From a bacterium (GTDB lineage: Bacteria > Hinthialibacterota > Hinthialibacteria > Hinthialibacterales > Hinthialibacteraceae): a stretch of DNA of 64,000 bases. Every line of letters begins with the position of its first letter. Within the stretch, counting starts at the first letter, position 1. The stretch is taken from positions 864,001-928,000 of the forward strand of contig CAXXMV010000008.1 in NCBI GenBank assembly GCA_963662285.2, read 5' to 3'. Below, piece after piece: positions 10,522 to 21,163 of the stretch. The position numbers and the translations under genes are program-made. Under the pieces are notes generated by a model. The model saw nothing but the letters and a program-made list of their open reading frames with translations. It ran no database searches and was not told where the DNA came from.

Positions 10522-11436
10522 TTATTCCTGGTTTTGAAATATGCTGATTGGTATAAGCGATCCGTCTTCCGAACGCACCAGTATGCGTTTTTTCATGGAG
10601 GGAAGAATCTTTTCCATTATTTCCCTGTAATAGCGTATACGAATTGATTTGGGTGATTTCTTGACTTGGGGCAGTAATGCCAGAAATCTATTCACATCTC
10701 CCTTGGCGAAAGATATGCGCTGATCTTTTTCGGCTATGGCGTTAGAAATAATCTCATGCGCTTTTCCACGGGCGCGGGGCAGGACTTGTTCACGGTAAAC
10801 TTTCGCCTTGGTGATAAAACGTGATTTATCCTGTCGGGCGTTTGTAATATCCTGAAACGCCTTACGTACTTCCTCTGGAGGTTCAATGGCTTTGCGCTGG
10901 ATACTGATCACCATTAGTCCTGTATTGCATTTATCAAGGTGTTTTTGAATATCAATCATTACTTGTTTTGAGAGAAGCGCCCAACCAGTGGTTAGCGCGT
11001 CGTCAACTGTTATCTGACCCAGTCGATGCGTGATCGATGCCTCGCCGGTCTTTCGCAGTAGTTCAAATTGCGAAACAGAGCTGAATAAAAAATCTTTGGG
11101 ATTAGATATTACATACTGGATCAAAAGTTGGATGCGCAGGACATTGGTATCTCCGGTCAGCCATTCGCACTGATCAGCAGTAGGCTTCTTGTTCTTAATC
11201 AATTCCGTAATACGAAAACCAACCGGCATATTAAAGATAGTAGACGTCTCTACGCAATATACTCGCCCTATCGGCCAAGGGGCGTGATAATGTAATCCAG
11301 GCGCAACCCGTGAATCGGATATCTTCCCTAGAAATGTGGTGACCGCCGTATGCTTTGGTGAGACTGTATAAAAGCCTGTTATTAACCAGGTTGATAACAG
11401 AATGATTACAATCGAATATATGATTAATCTATTCAT
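10522..11436 (-). CDS. hflK: HflK-like SPFH protein
   Basis: N-terminal TM, PGLHYHAPWPI, LTGDTN, PPEEVRKAFQD, PRARGKA. Confidence 0.85.
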   Translation of the reverse strand: MNRLIIYSIVIILLSTWLITGFYTVSPKHTAVTTFLGKISDSRVAPGLHYHAPWPIGRVYCVETSTIFNMPVGFRITELIKNKKPTADQCEWLTGDTNVLRIQLLIQYVISNPKDFLFSSVSQFELLRKTGEASITHRLGQITVDDALTTGWALLSKQVMIDIQKHLDKCNTGLMVISIQRKAIEPPEEVRKAFQDITNARQDKSRFITKAKVYREQVLPRARGKAHEIISNAIAEKDQRISFAKGDVNRFLALLPQVKKSPKSIRIRYYREIMEKILPSMKKRILVRSEDGSLIPISIFQNQE

Positions 11437-12314
11437 TCTGATATATCTCCCAAAAGATATTTCATCAACTCTGAATCAGCCGGAATTATTATCGAATCAT
11501 TTTTGTTGAAAATATTCTCATACATCTTCAATGATCTTTGGAAACGGTAAAAATCTGGATTCTGCTTGATCGCTTCAGCGTAAATGCGGGCAGCTTCCGC
11601 TTCTCCTTCACTGATTATTTTGGAAGCTTCGATTTCCGCGTCAGTTATGATTTTGCTTCTATCGCGATGGGTGGCGGCGCGAATTTTCATATCTTCTTCT
11701 TCGCCTTCAGAACGGAAACGTGTGGCGATTTGACGCCTTTCTTCTCTCATACGTTCAAATACTGAAAGGCGGTTTTGTTCGTGATAGTTCAGGCGGTTAA
11801 TCTGTATATCAATGATGTTGATGCCATAGGTTTGCGCTTCACGGCTAATCTGGACGGAAATCTTCTCCACCGCAGAGGGCAATTTACTATCGATTTTATC
11901 TGATATTAAGTCAGAGAATGGAATACTGCCCAGTTCAGCTCCGATAGTTGATGACAGAGAAAAAGTAAGACGGGCTTCCGCTCCAATTTTGGTTCCAACG
12001 GCTTTCATAAATTGTATCGGATCATCTATACGCCACACCAGATAACTCTCTACCATGATATTTTTCTTATCACGGGTAAGATATTCGTCACGCGGCAGCT
12101 GCATAAAATTTTTTCTGTTATCGAACCGGTTGATCTTCTCGAAAGGGAAAGGCCATTTAATCATCAAACCAGCTGTAGAATAGGTTCTTACCGGATTGCC
12201 GAAACGCGTCATGACAGCATATTCCGTAACATTGACCACGAATATAAACTGGCTCAATAAAAGTAATGCCAAACCTGCAATTAACGTAATATAGAAATAT
12301 TTCCGGGAATTCAT
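11433..12314 (-). CDS. hflC: HflC-like SPFH protein
   Basis: TRFGNP, LTRDKKNI, WRIDDP, VFERMREER, NPDFYRFQRSL; 4-nt overlap with hflK. Confidence 0.88.
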   Translation of the reverse strand: MNSRKYFYITLIAGLALLLLSQFIFVVNVTEYAVMTRFGNPVRTYSTAGLMIKWPFPFEKINRFDNRKNFMQLPRDEYLTRDKKNIMVESYLVWRIDDPIQFMKAVGTKIGAEARLTFSLSSTIGAELGSIPFSDLISDKIDSKLPSAVEKISVQISREAQTYGINIIDIQINRLNYHEQNRLSVFERMREERRQIATRFRSEGEEEDMKIRAATHRDRSKIITDAEIEASKIISEGEAEAARIYAEAIKQNPDFYRFQRSLKMYENIFNKNDSIIIPADSELMKYLLGDISE

Positions 12315-12317
12315 GAT

Positions 12318-14396
12318 TTATTCCATCTCCTGGTCAGAATAATCCTGAGTTTTTTCTGGATTTTGTTCATTACTCTTGAGCGGCGCAAAACCTTTGTCCC
12401 ATAGCATAAGATTCAACTCAGGCCATTGTGATGAAATGGGCGTAATGATTTTAGATAAGTTTTTCAGGGATTTTTCGTTGGCTTCAAACCTAAGTCGTAA
12501 CCGGGTTTCATCAGGCCATCTTAGGTCGCTGTCTGACAGGGCTGAAAACATTGCAGTATTGCTGAACGCTTTTTGGATAAGAGAATATTTTTCAGAGTGC
12601 GCCAATTCCATTGTTTGCTGGGCTTCTCCACGGGCGTAATGTATTTTCAACTCTTGATCCACCAGCGCTTCGTTCTTTTTGGTTTCCCGGTCTTCCTCAG
12701 CGCTGGCCACGTCGCGGAATGCGAAATGCAGGTTGGCTGGAGCATGAATGCGGATCAGTCTTACTTTTTTCAAATCTATCACTCCCGGCATGGCTTTCTC
12801 GATAAAAGCTGAAGTCAGTTCATAAGCCTGTTTTTCAATATCCCGGCGGGCTGTTGTGAAGGCGGTATCGATTTTCATCGTCGCCAGCGTCCTGGTCAGC
12901 GCAGCGTTGATTGCCTGTCGGATGATTCCAATTGGATCCAAAATCCCGAAAGTATATTCATAAGCGTTTCTGATGCTGAATTCAGCCAGGAAAGTAATAT
13001 CAAGTATATTCTCATCACCAGTTAGAAACTCAGCCTGAAAACGCGACTCCTCATCGGTTTGAATCAGGTTGCCGACCGTATCCTCTAAGCGTTTTCCCGC
13101 TTGCACTAACTTTATTTCATCTGTTTTAACTATGTAATTCTGAGATAACGGAGGTGGAAGATGAATATATAATCCAGGCCCCAATTCGATCGCAACCGGT
13201 TTGCCCAAGCGGGTGATAATGCCGGTCTCTCCAGGCCCGACAATAAAGAAGCACATTTGCAGCCAACAGATCAAACCAATAACCACGATAAGTATCAGCG
13301 CTTTTTTCCATGATGGACGCACTCCGGTTAGTTGCATAAATCCATCGCTGATTTTCATCCAATCAATAGCTGGTGGATTCGACCATATTCCCCGGATCAG
13401 TAAAACAATCAGGGCGCAGCCGCACAACGCGCTGAACAGACTTGGTTGTTCAGCCGAATTCGCAGCGATTTCGTATTCTGAAACGATGGATGGTTGTGGT
13501 ATGGAAAGATTGACCAAAAATCCTATCAGCAAACTGACTATGATTATTGAAACCAGATATATAACGGTTGAGCGCCGCCCTAATAGTTTTGATATGACTG
13601 GAATCGAGCCTAAATTAGTAGCCGGACCCGCCAGCAAAAATACTATAACCGCTCCGGGAGATAATCCTTTGGCCATCATGGCTGCTGCTATCGGAATCGA
13701 TCCGGATGCGCATATATACATCGGCGTACCGATGATCAGCATTACCAGCAGAGAAGAGAATCCTTGTCCCGCCCAACCTTCAAACACCCAATTGGGAATA
13801 AAAACTGTTATGCATCCTGAAATTATAAAACCAATCAATAACCAGAAAGCCAAGTCATTCATTAATTCGGTAAATCCATAACTCAGAGTCTTGCGCCACC
13901 ACGGTATAGGTTGTTCTTCAGGCTCAACTTCGAGAGAAGGATTATCTTCTTCTGGTGAGGAATGATCACTTTGAGAGTCATCATCGTCCCATATATTAAC
14001 CAGTACTCCAGCGACTAAAGCCGTAATGAAAGCGGCGATAGGCCGGATAACCGCCATCGTCAGATTCAGTAATCCAAAAGTAAAGAATACTGAGTCAACT
14101 CCCGTGGCAGGAGTTGAAATAAGGAAAGACGTTGTAGCTCCGCGACTGGCGCCTTTTTTTCTCAACGCGGCGGCGGTGGGCAGCGTCGAGCAGGAGCATA
14201 GCGGCAGTGGAACTCCGCAGATCGAAGCTATTAAGACCGATTTTAAGTTTTTTTTACCCAATAAAGCAATAATTCGCCCTGTAGATATAAACGTATGGAT
14301 AAAACCCGCAGCCATAAAACCAAATAGTATAAATGGCGCTGATGATTGAATAATCAACCATGATTCGTATAAAATTGACAGAAATAATTCAAACAT
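12318..14396 (-). CDS. SO_0444/DUF318-type metal permease fused to an HflK-like SPFH domain
   Basis: GVPLPLCSCS, FLISTP, MYICASGSIP, LLAGPATN permease motifs; C-terminal PGLYIHLPPP, LTGDENI, AFRDVASA, ARGEA. Confidence 0.85.
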   Translation of the reverse strand: MFELFLSILYESWLIIQSSAPFILFGFMAAGFIHTFISTGRIIALLGKKNLKSVLIASICGVPLPLCSCSTLPTAAALRKKGASRGATTSFLISTPATGVDSVFFTFGLLNLTMAVIRPIAAFITALVAGVLVNIWDDDDSQSDHSSPEEDNPSLEVEPEEQPIPWWRKTLSYGFTELMNDLAFWLLIGFIISGCITVFIPNWVFEGWAGQGFSSLLVMLIIGTPMYICASGSIPIAAAMMAKGLSPGAVIVFLLAGPATNLGSIPVISKLLGRRSTVIYLVSIIIVSLLIGFLVNLSIPQPSIVSEYEIAANSAEQPSLFSALCGCALIVLLIRGIWSNPPAIDWMKISDGFMQLTGVRPSWKKALILIVVIGLICWLQMCFFIVGPGETGIITRLGKPVAIELGPGLYIHLPPPLSQNYIVKTDEIKLVQAGKRLEDTVGNLIQTDEESRFQAEFLTGDENILDITFLAEFSIRNAYEYTFGILDPIGIIRQAINAALTRTLATMKIDTAFTTARRDIEKQAYELTSAFIEKAMPGVIDLKKVRLIRIHAPANLHFAFRDVASAEEDRETKKNEALVDQELKIHYARGEAQQTMELAHSEKYSLIQKAFSNTAMFSALSDSDLRWPDETRLRLRFEANEKSLKNLSKIITPISSQWPELNLMLWDKGFAPLKSNEQNPEKTQDYSDQEME

Positions 14397-14634
14397 AAAA
14401 CCTCTTGAGTGGTTGCAAAAAGTTTATTAGCAATATAAGCGCTGGATTCTGCTTTATTAATCAAAATAGTGTAAATGAGGAAATCTCTGAAATACCCCGG
14501 ATTCATGTTATCTACAAAAAGTAATCATAGTCAAGCAGAGTGCTAATTTTATTTTTGAATCAAGTCCACCTTATATTTTGACCACAATATTCAGATAATT
14601 ATACTTGCAACCAATATTCAACATAGGAGATATC

Positions 14635-15633
14635 ATGAAAAAACAAACCAGCCATAAACTGTGTAAAGCAAAACTAAATATCTTTGTGTTTAGCCTTACC
14701 CTGTTATGCGCTTTATCCTATATAAGTGGTATGGCGAATGCTGAAATCATGATGTATGCTGATTCCACTGATGGTAAGCCTTATAGCAAGGACCCGGCGG
14801 TGGTGCGGTTTAAGGGGCATTACTATCTTTATCATTCCATGCGTAAGAACAATGGTTGGGTGATTGGGATTGCGGAGAGCAATGACCTGGTGATTTGGAA
14901 GAAAACCGGCGCGGTATTACCCGCTGCGGCATACGAGGCCAAGGGCATCTGCGCTCCGGGGGCTATTGTGTTGAACGGCAAGGTGCATCTGTTTTATCAA
15001 CGCTATGGCTATGGCGCTCAGGACGCTATCTGTCATGCCTATTCTGATGATGGGATTAACTTTGAGCGCGACCCAACCAATCCGGTTTTTCATCCGACTG
15101 GCGCCTGGAACAGCGGACGCGCCATCGATGCTGATGTTATTGTTCATAATGATAAACTGTTGCTCTATTTCGCTACCCGCGATCCCGAAGGCAAGGTGCA
15201 GAAAATCGGCGTGGCTTCGGCGCCATTGAAGTCGGATTTCTCGCGCCCGGTGTGGACGCAACTGTGCGACTCGGCCATCCTTGAACCGGAATTACCCTGG
15301 GAGAAGCAGTGCATTGAAGCGTCGGCCATGTGCAAGCGCGGCGGTAAACTCTTTATGTTCTACGCCGGGGCTTATAACAACCAACCGCAGCAGATCGGCT
15401 GCGCGGTAAGCGACGACGGCGTTAAATGGACCAGGATTTCTGATGAGCCGTTTCTACCCAATGGCAAGCCGGGAGAGTGGAACTCATCCGAATCAGGGCA
15501 TCCCTATCTTTTTGAAGATGACGACGGCAGAACCTACCTCTTCTATCAGGGTAACAACGATAAGGGTAAAACCTGGTTTTTGTCTCAGGTTGAGATTGGT
15601 TGGAAGGATGGTTTGCCGTTTTTGGTGAAGTGA
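14635..15633 (+). CDS. Secreted five-bladed beta-propeller glycoside hydrolase (GH43/GH32-like)
   Basis: KDPAVV, APGAIV, IDADV, EASAM, GHPYLF blade motifs, SxDG boxes; RBS aggaga before ATG 14635. Confidence 0.8.
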   Translation: MKKQTSHKLCKAKLNIFVFSLTLLCALSYISGMANAEIMMYADSTDGKPYSKDPAVVRFKGHYYLYHSMRKNNGWVIGIAESNDLVIWKKTGAVLPAAAYEAKGICAPGAIVLNGKVHLFYQRYGYGAQDAICHAYSDDGINFERDPTNPVFHPTGAWNSGRAIDADVIVHNDKLLLYFATRDPEGKVQKIGVASAPLKSDFSRPVWTQLCDSAILEPELPWEKQCIEASAMCKRGGKLFMFYAGAYNNQPQQIGCAVSDDGVKWTRISDEPFLPNGKPGEWNSSESGHPYLFEDDDGRTYLFYQGNNDKGKTWFLSQVEIGWKDGLPFLVK

Positions 15634-16190
15634 TTTTTTTGTCTGAATCTGGATGGGCAGGATTGAAGGATGGGCAGGATTTATTTTTAATGGGGTAATT
15701 ATATTCGGGGATTAATCGACATAATAAGTGGCAGCATCAAGGGCAGAAAATACACTGCCCTTGGCACCCATGCCGTCTTGCCCTTGGCGCCCGCAATTTG
15801 CAAAGGTGATATTTATCAACCCTCACCTAACCTCTCCCAATCTTGGGAGAGGGATTTTGTGAATCATAGGTGATCGCATCAAGGGCTGAGCGCATTGCGC
15901 TCTTGCCCTTGGCACCCGCCTTTAACTCTGCAATATCCTAAGTGATCTCATCAAGGGTAGAAAATACACTACTCTTGGCGCCCATGACCGTCGTAGGTGT
16001 AGTCAAGGGTAGAAAGGACACTACCCTTGGCACCCGTCGCATCTACCGTAGGTGGAATCATAATCGGGCAACCATGAAGGATTGCCCCTACTTTTTATTG
16101 TAGGTGGATTTTTGGTGGGTCGATGAGGCCGACCCACCCTACGCGGTGGTGGATTGTTTTCTTTGGTGGATTGATTTCTTTGGTGGATTG
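15634..16190. repeat. Composite REP cluster (5 family-A elements, D, B, C) and a 17-bp triple repeat
   Basis: Multiple tcaaggg..cccttggcRccc; tggtggattgNtttctt about 3 times at 16150-16190. Confidence 0.85.
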
Positions 16191-16757
16191 TTATTTTATG
16201 GCACGGGTTTGGATTACTATTTTTCTGGGTTTTTTGTCTAGTTGCTGCACTATTAACTTTCCGCTTTTCTCGAAGACCCAGACTGGTTGATTGGTGTAGA
16301 CTACGTAATGATTATCGGGAACCATGAACTCGAAGGCGTGGCTGGTTTCATAGATGAAGACGTAACGTCCGTCGTTATCTATGGTGAAGTTGCTTTCGGG
16401 CATGTTGACCTTTACCGTAATCTGCAAGGTCTTCTTCTCGCCCTGTTTGATCGGTTCGGAATAGGTTATTTTCACCATGGGATCATTGGTTTTGACGTCA
16501 TACACGACCACATATTCCAATTCACGCTTGGCGGCGATGTCGAATACTGATTCGACCTCGAACTTGCCCTTGGTGGCGTCGTGGATCATGCCGCCCGATG
16601 GGAAGAGGAAGACTTTATTACCGACCTGCGCGTCTTCGATTTCGTAAGTTAACCGCATGGCGCTCTTGGATAAATCCAGCGCTTCATAACGCATATCGCC
16701 AAACGCAAATGATGGTACAATAAGCAGCGCAATAAAACCAATAATTGTTCTTTTCAT
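16191..16757 (-). CDS. Hypothetical secreted protein
   Basis: Signal peptide MKRTIIGFIALLIVPSFAFG; beta-rich sequence. Confidence 0.7.
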   Translation of the reverse strand: MKRTIIGFIALLIVPSFAFGDMRYEALDLSKSAMRLTYEIEDAQVGNKVFLFPSGGMIHDATKGKFEVESVFDIAAKRELEYVVVYDVKTNDPMVKITYSEPIKQGEKKTLQITVKVNMPESNFTIDNDGRYVFIYETSHAFEFMVPDNHYVVYTNQPVWVFEKSGKLIVQQLDKKPRKIVIQTRAIK

Positions 16758-16949
16758 CTTGCTAAACCTCTGGTTCAATTTGGATATAGCTTAACTATAT
16801 AACAATATTGCGTAAATGCGTATATCTGATTAGCCATAAATTATACAGAAATATTGATCAATTTGATAAAAATATATTTGAATCGACTTGATATTGTCTG
16901 GTTTTGCATTTAGGTTTATATCAATTATTAAATATGGAGTGATGATCGA

Positions 16950-18179
16950 ATGGCTCATTTGGCAATAAATGGCGGGACGCCGCTTCGCACTGAACTTTTT
17001 TCTTCATGGCCGGTCTATGATGACCGGGAAAAAGAAGCCTTTGTGGAAGAATTGGAAAAAATTCAGTGGGGCATAGATTCTCCATCAATCGCGGCTTTCG
17101 AAGAACGCTTCGCTGAGTATTGCGGGGCCAAATATGCGGTGGCATGCACCAATGGAACCGATGCCATATATATTGCGTTGCAAGCCATGGGCATCAAAGC
17201 GGGTGATGAGGTTATCGCGCCTCCATATACTTTCATAGCTACCGCAACAGCGGTTCTGATGGCCAATGCCATACCTGTTTTCGCTGATATTGATCCCGAT
17301 ACATTCAATATCGATCCTGAATCGATCAAAAGCATGATTACGCCCCGAACCAAAGCGATTATCCCGGTGCATATCGCCGGGAATCCGGCTAACCTGGACG
17401 CCATTTGCGATATAGCACGGGAACATAAGCTGCAAGTATTGGAAGATTCGGCCCAGGCCATCGGCGCTGAATGGCGAGGCCAGCGGGTTGGTTCGATTGG
17501 CGACGCAGGCACATTCTCGTTTCAGACATCAAAAAATCTCTCCTCCGGCGAAGGCGGCGCCATCGTCACCAACAACGAGCAACTGGCCAAGAGAATCCGC
17601 ACATTCACCAATTGCGGCCGGGTCGAAGGGGGCGCCTGGTATGATCATCACGAAGTGGCCGGCAACCACCGCCTGGGTGGATTTCAGGCGGCGGTTCTGT
17701 TGGTTGGCATGGAGCGTCTCGAAAGTCAGATGAAGAAGCGTGAAGAGAACGCGCGTTATCTGGCATCTCTGCTGGATGATATAGAGGGCGTATCTCTGAC
17801 CGGTTCATATCAGGGAACCACGCGGCATGCCTATCATCTGGGAATTATGAAATATAATGCGGAAGCCTTCAAAGGGCTTCCCAAAAAACGTTTTGTTGAG
17901 GTTTTGGAGAAAGAGGGCATTGATTGTTCTGATGGTTATCTGCCCTTGTATAATTATCATATATTCCGTAATTTCCCGGAAAAAGTGAGCGGCTACAAGG
18001 AAATATACCAGGGGCGGGTGGATTACAGCGCGGTTCACTGTCCGGTATGCGAACGGCTTTGCGAGCATGAAGCAGTGTGGATATTCCAGGAAATGTTTCT
18101 CGGGACGCAGCAGGATATGGATGACATAGCTGAAGCTATTCTTAAAATTCAACGCTACGCAGACGAAGCGTTTGCATAG
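16950..18179 (+). CDS. DegT/DnrJ/EryC1/StrS PLP aminotransferase
   Basis: NGTDA, EDSAQA, FSFQTSKNLSSGEGG with PLP lysine. Confidence 0.93.
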   Translation: MAHLAINGGTPLRTELFSSWPVYDDREKEAFVEELEKIQWGIDSPSIAAFEERFAEYCGAKYAVACTNGTDAIYIALQAMGIKAGDEVIAPPYTFIATATAVLMANAIPVFADIDPDTFNIDPESIKSMITPRTKAIIPVHIAGNPANLDAICDIAREHKLQVLEDSAQAIGAEWRGQRVGSIGDAGTFSFQTSKNLSSGEGGAIVTNNEQLAKRIRTFTNCGRVEGGAWYDHHEVAGNHRLGGFQAAVLLVGMERLESQMKKREENARYLASLLDDIEGVSLTGSYQGTTRHAYHLGIMKYNAEAFKGLPKKRFVEVLEKEGIDCSDGYLPLYNYHIFRNFPEKVSGYKEIYQGRVDYSAVHCPVCERLCEHEAVWIFQEMFLGTQQDMDDIAEAILKIQRYADEAFA

Positions 18180-18219
18180 ACCGGTTGGCATAAATCATTG
18201 ATATGGAAGGTGACAACTG

Positions 18220-19594
18220 ATGATTGAAACAGCAGTCATTCTGGCAGCTGGCGCTGGAAGCAAAATCTGGCCTTATAGCGATACCTGGCCGAAGGCTGCG
18301 CTTCCCATCGCTAACCGGCCTCTGATTTATTGGCAGATAAAAACGCTGCAAAGCTGCGGCGTGAAAAATATTTTCGTGGTCGTCAGTCATCTAGCATCCC
18401 AGCTGCGTAACGTTTCTGATCTGGTCGGAGTGCAATGCGTCGAGCAGAAGAATCCCCAGGGAACCGCCGACTCCCTGTTATGCGGCTTGGCCTGCGTTAA
18501 AGATGAACGCTTTCTGGTCTGTTATGGCGATGCGCTTTTCACCGAAGAAGACCTGAAACGCTTGTTGGCCGCCGCCGCTGACGGCAATCGTGATGCGGCA
18601 TTGGTTCAACTGCTTAGGAAGAATGATTCCAAAGAGTGGCTCTGCGCCAACTTGAAGCATAACTCGATTAGCGAAATCATCGGTCATCCGCGAGAGGCTT
18701 CTCACCGTTTATGCGGAGTTTATGCGCTGTCGCGCAATATTATGCCTGATCTGGTAAATAATCCCGGCATTATGACATCAGTCGAAGTCGGCGCCATGCC
18801 TCATCAGGAGTCTGAACTGGCTGAGTCGCTCAGCCGCTTTATCCAGTGGCGCAGGCGAACTTCGCGCGGTTGAGACCAAGAACCTTTTCTTTGATATTGA
18901 TAAGCCCTGGCATCTACTTGACGCCAACGAAGCATATTTGAATTATCTCGGTACAAAATTATCCGGTAATGATATTCATGAGGATGCACGGGTTGATCCA
19001 AATGCTGAAATTGGAGGTTACCTGGTGGTTGGCAAGGGATCGCTGATCGGTCCCGGAGTCAAGATCAAGGGTAATCTCTGGGTTGGCGATAATGCCAAAG
19101 TTATTGATGGCGCCATTGTCGGCAGGGATGTATCAATCAGCGACGACTCTATTGTCCGTGATTATTGCAGTATTGAGCCAAGGTCTTCTATCGGCAAAGC
19201 ATGCGTAGTTGGTCATGCCGCCGAATTCGGCGGCATCCTGATGGATGGGGCCTATTCATATCACTATGGCGAATATTGGGGGATCATTGGCCGTTCGGCG
19301 GATTTAGGCGCCGCCACGGTATGCGGCAACCTGCGCTTTGATGATCAAAGGACTTCTCATAGAATAAAGGGGCGGCGCGAGACTCCCGCGTCCAATGGCG
19401 CAAACGCAGCGTATTTAGGGGATTACACCCGCACCGGCGTCAACGCCATCCTCATGCCCGGCGTCAAGGTCGGACCCTACAGCGTGATCGGTTCAGGCGT
19501 GATCTTGAACGAAGATTTAGCCAATAATTCTCTAGTTTACGTTAAGCAGGAACTGGTTAGAACTTCCTGGGGGCCATCTAAATATGGATGGTAA
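18220..19594 (+). pseudogene. GlmU-like sugar-phosphate nucleotidyltransferase/acetyltransferase, frameshifted near 18845
   Basis: ILAAGAG..PKA N-domain (18220-18873); the next frame continues GAGELRAVETKNLFFDIDKPWHLLDAN into the hexapeptide domain (18938-19594). Confidence 0.8.
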
Positions 19595-19751
19595 ATTACT
19601 CTAAATTCAAAAAAATGCTCCGATTGATCTTGCATGATCGATTTGAGAATGTAATCTTAATTATCAGCAGTCAGGGTGGTTTAAAAGCGAAGCGCAGCCA
19701 CCAAAGCCATTCTAATATTATAAATGATGCTGTTTTAATCAGGAGAAGGTT

Positions 19752-20915
19752 ATGATGAGAAATCGGTTTGGAGTTTTATTCGGATTATGCATGGTTTTAT
19801 CATTATCTGTTCAGAGTTTTGATGCCTCAGCTAATGAATCGCAAACGAAAGCAGGTGTAAGTATGGAAAAACAAGATTTCGGCAAAACCGCAGACGGACA
19901 AGCTGTAGATTTATATACTCTACAAAACTCCAAAGGGATGAAAGTCCGCATCATGACCTATGGCGGCATCATTGTATCTATAGAAGTCCCGGACAAGGAT
20001 GGCAAATCCGCTGACGTTACACTCGGATTCGATTCTCTGGAAGGATATCTAGGAAAGCATCCATATTTTGGCGCCATCGTCGGGCGTTACGGCAACCGTA
20101 TTTGCAAAGGCAAGTTCACCCTCGACGGCCAAGAATATACTCTAGCCATCAATAATGGCGAGAATGCGTTGCATGGCGGTCTTAAGGGATTCGATAAAGC
20201 GGTATGGAAAGCCAGCCAGATAGAACGTGAAGGGCAGCCTGCTTTGCAGCTGACTTATCTCAGCAAAGATGGTGAAGAAGGATATCCCGGTAATCTGCAA
20301 TGCACGGTTGTCTATTCCATCGCTGATGATAACGAGCTGATGATTTCCTATGAACTGGAAACAGATAAAGCCACTCCCATTAATGTGACTAACCATACTT
20401 ATTTCAACCTGGCTGGCGAGGGCAATGGAACGATTCTGGATCATGTCGCCATGCTCAAGGCGGATCGTTTCACGCCAGTAGACGAAACCTTGATTCCCAT
20501 CGGCGAGTTGCGCAGCGTCAAGGATACTCCCATGGATTTCTCCGAGCCAACCAGAATCGGCGACCGCATTGATCAGGATGACCAGCAGATAAAGTTCGGC
20601 GGCGGTTATGATCATAACTGGGTTTTGAACAGCGGCGGCGGCAAATTAGCTCTGGGCGGCCGCGTATGTGAACCGACTTCAGGCCGCGTGTTGGAATTCT
20701 ACACCACTGAACCGGGCGTTCAGTTCTATTGCGGCAATTTCCTGGATGGAACAGTTGTCGGCAAAGGCGGCAAAGCATATAAACGCCGTTTTGGGTTCTG
20801 CCTGGAAACCCAGCATTTCCCCGATTCACCCAATCAACCTAATTTCCCCTCAGTAATTCTGCAACCGGGTAAATGCTACAAATCAATGACCATTTATAAA
20901 TTCTCAACCAAGTAA
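19752..20915 (+). CDS. galM: Aldose 1-epimerase (mutarotase) with signal peptide
   Basis: GRYGNRI, LHGG, NHTYFNL, YDHN, CLETQHFPD. Confidence 0.95.
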   Translation: MMRNRFGVLFGLCMVLSLSVQSFDASANESQTKAGVSMEKQDFGKTADGQAVDLYTLQNSKGMKVRIMTYGGIIVSIEVPDKDGKSADVTLGFDSLEGYLGKHPYFGAIVGRYGNRICKGKFTLDGQEYTLAINNGENALHGGLKGFDKAVWKASQIEREGQPALQLTYLSKDGEEGYPGNLQCTVVYSIADDNELMISYELETDKATPINVTNHTYFNLAGEGNGTILDHVAMLKADRFTPVDETLIPIGELRSVKDTPMDFSEPTRIGDRIDQDDQQIKFGGGYDHNWVLNSGGGKLALGGRVCEPTSGRVLEFYTTEPGVQFYCGNFLDGTVVGKGGKAYKRRFGFCLETQHFPDSPNQPNFPSVILQPGKCYKSMTIYKFSTK

Positions 20916-20938
20916 AACACATCATTCATTATAATCAT

Positions 20939-20979
20939 AAATCCCCCAAGTTCGATTTGGACTTGGGGGATTTTTTATT
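20939..20979 (+). terminator. Rho-independent terminator after galM
   Basis: aaatcccccaagt / acttgggggattt stem followed by a T run. Confidence 0.7.
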
Positions 20980-21163
20980 CCAAAGCACTCCCGATGGGAC
21001 ACGCTTTCGCTTTGTCCCATCCTACGCGCTTTATACAAGGTGGCTTGATCAAGGGCTGACCGCATGGCGGTCTTGCCCTTGGCGCCCATCTTTGATGAAT
21101 TTTTATAACCAAACCTTACAGTAATTATGTTATAATGAAAAAACACTTAATTTCTGGAGAGAT

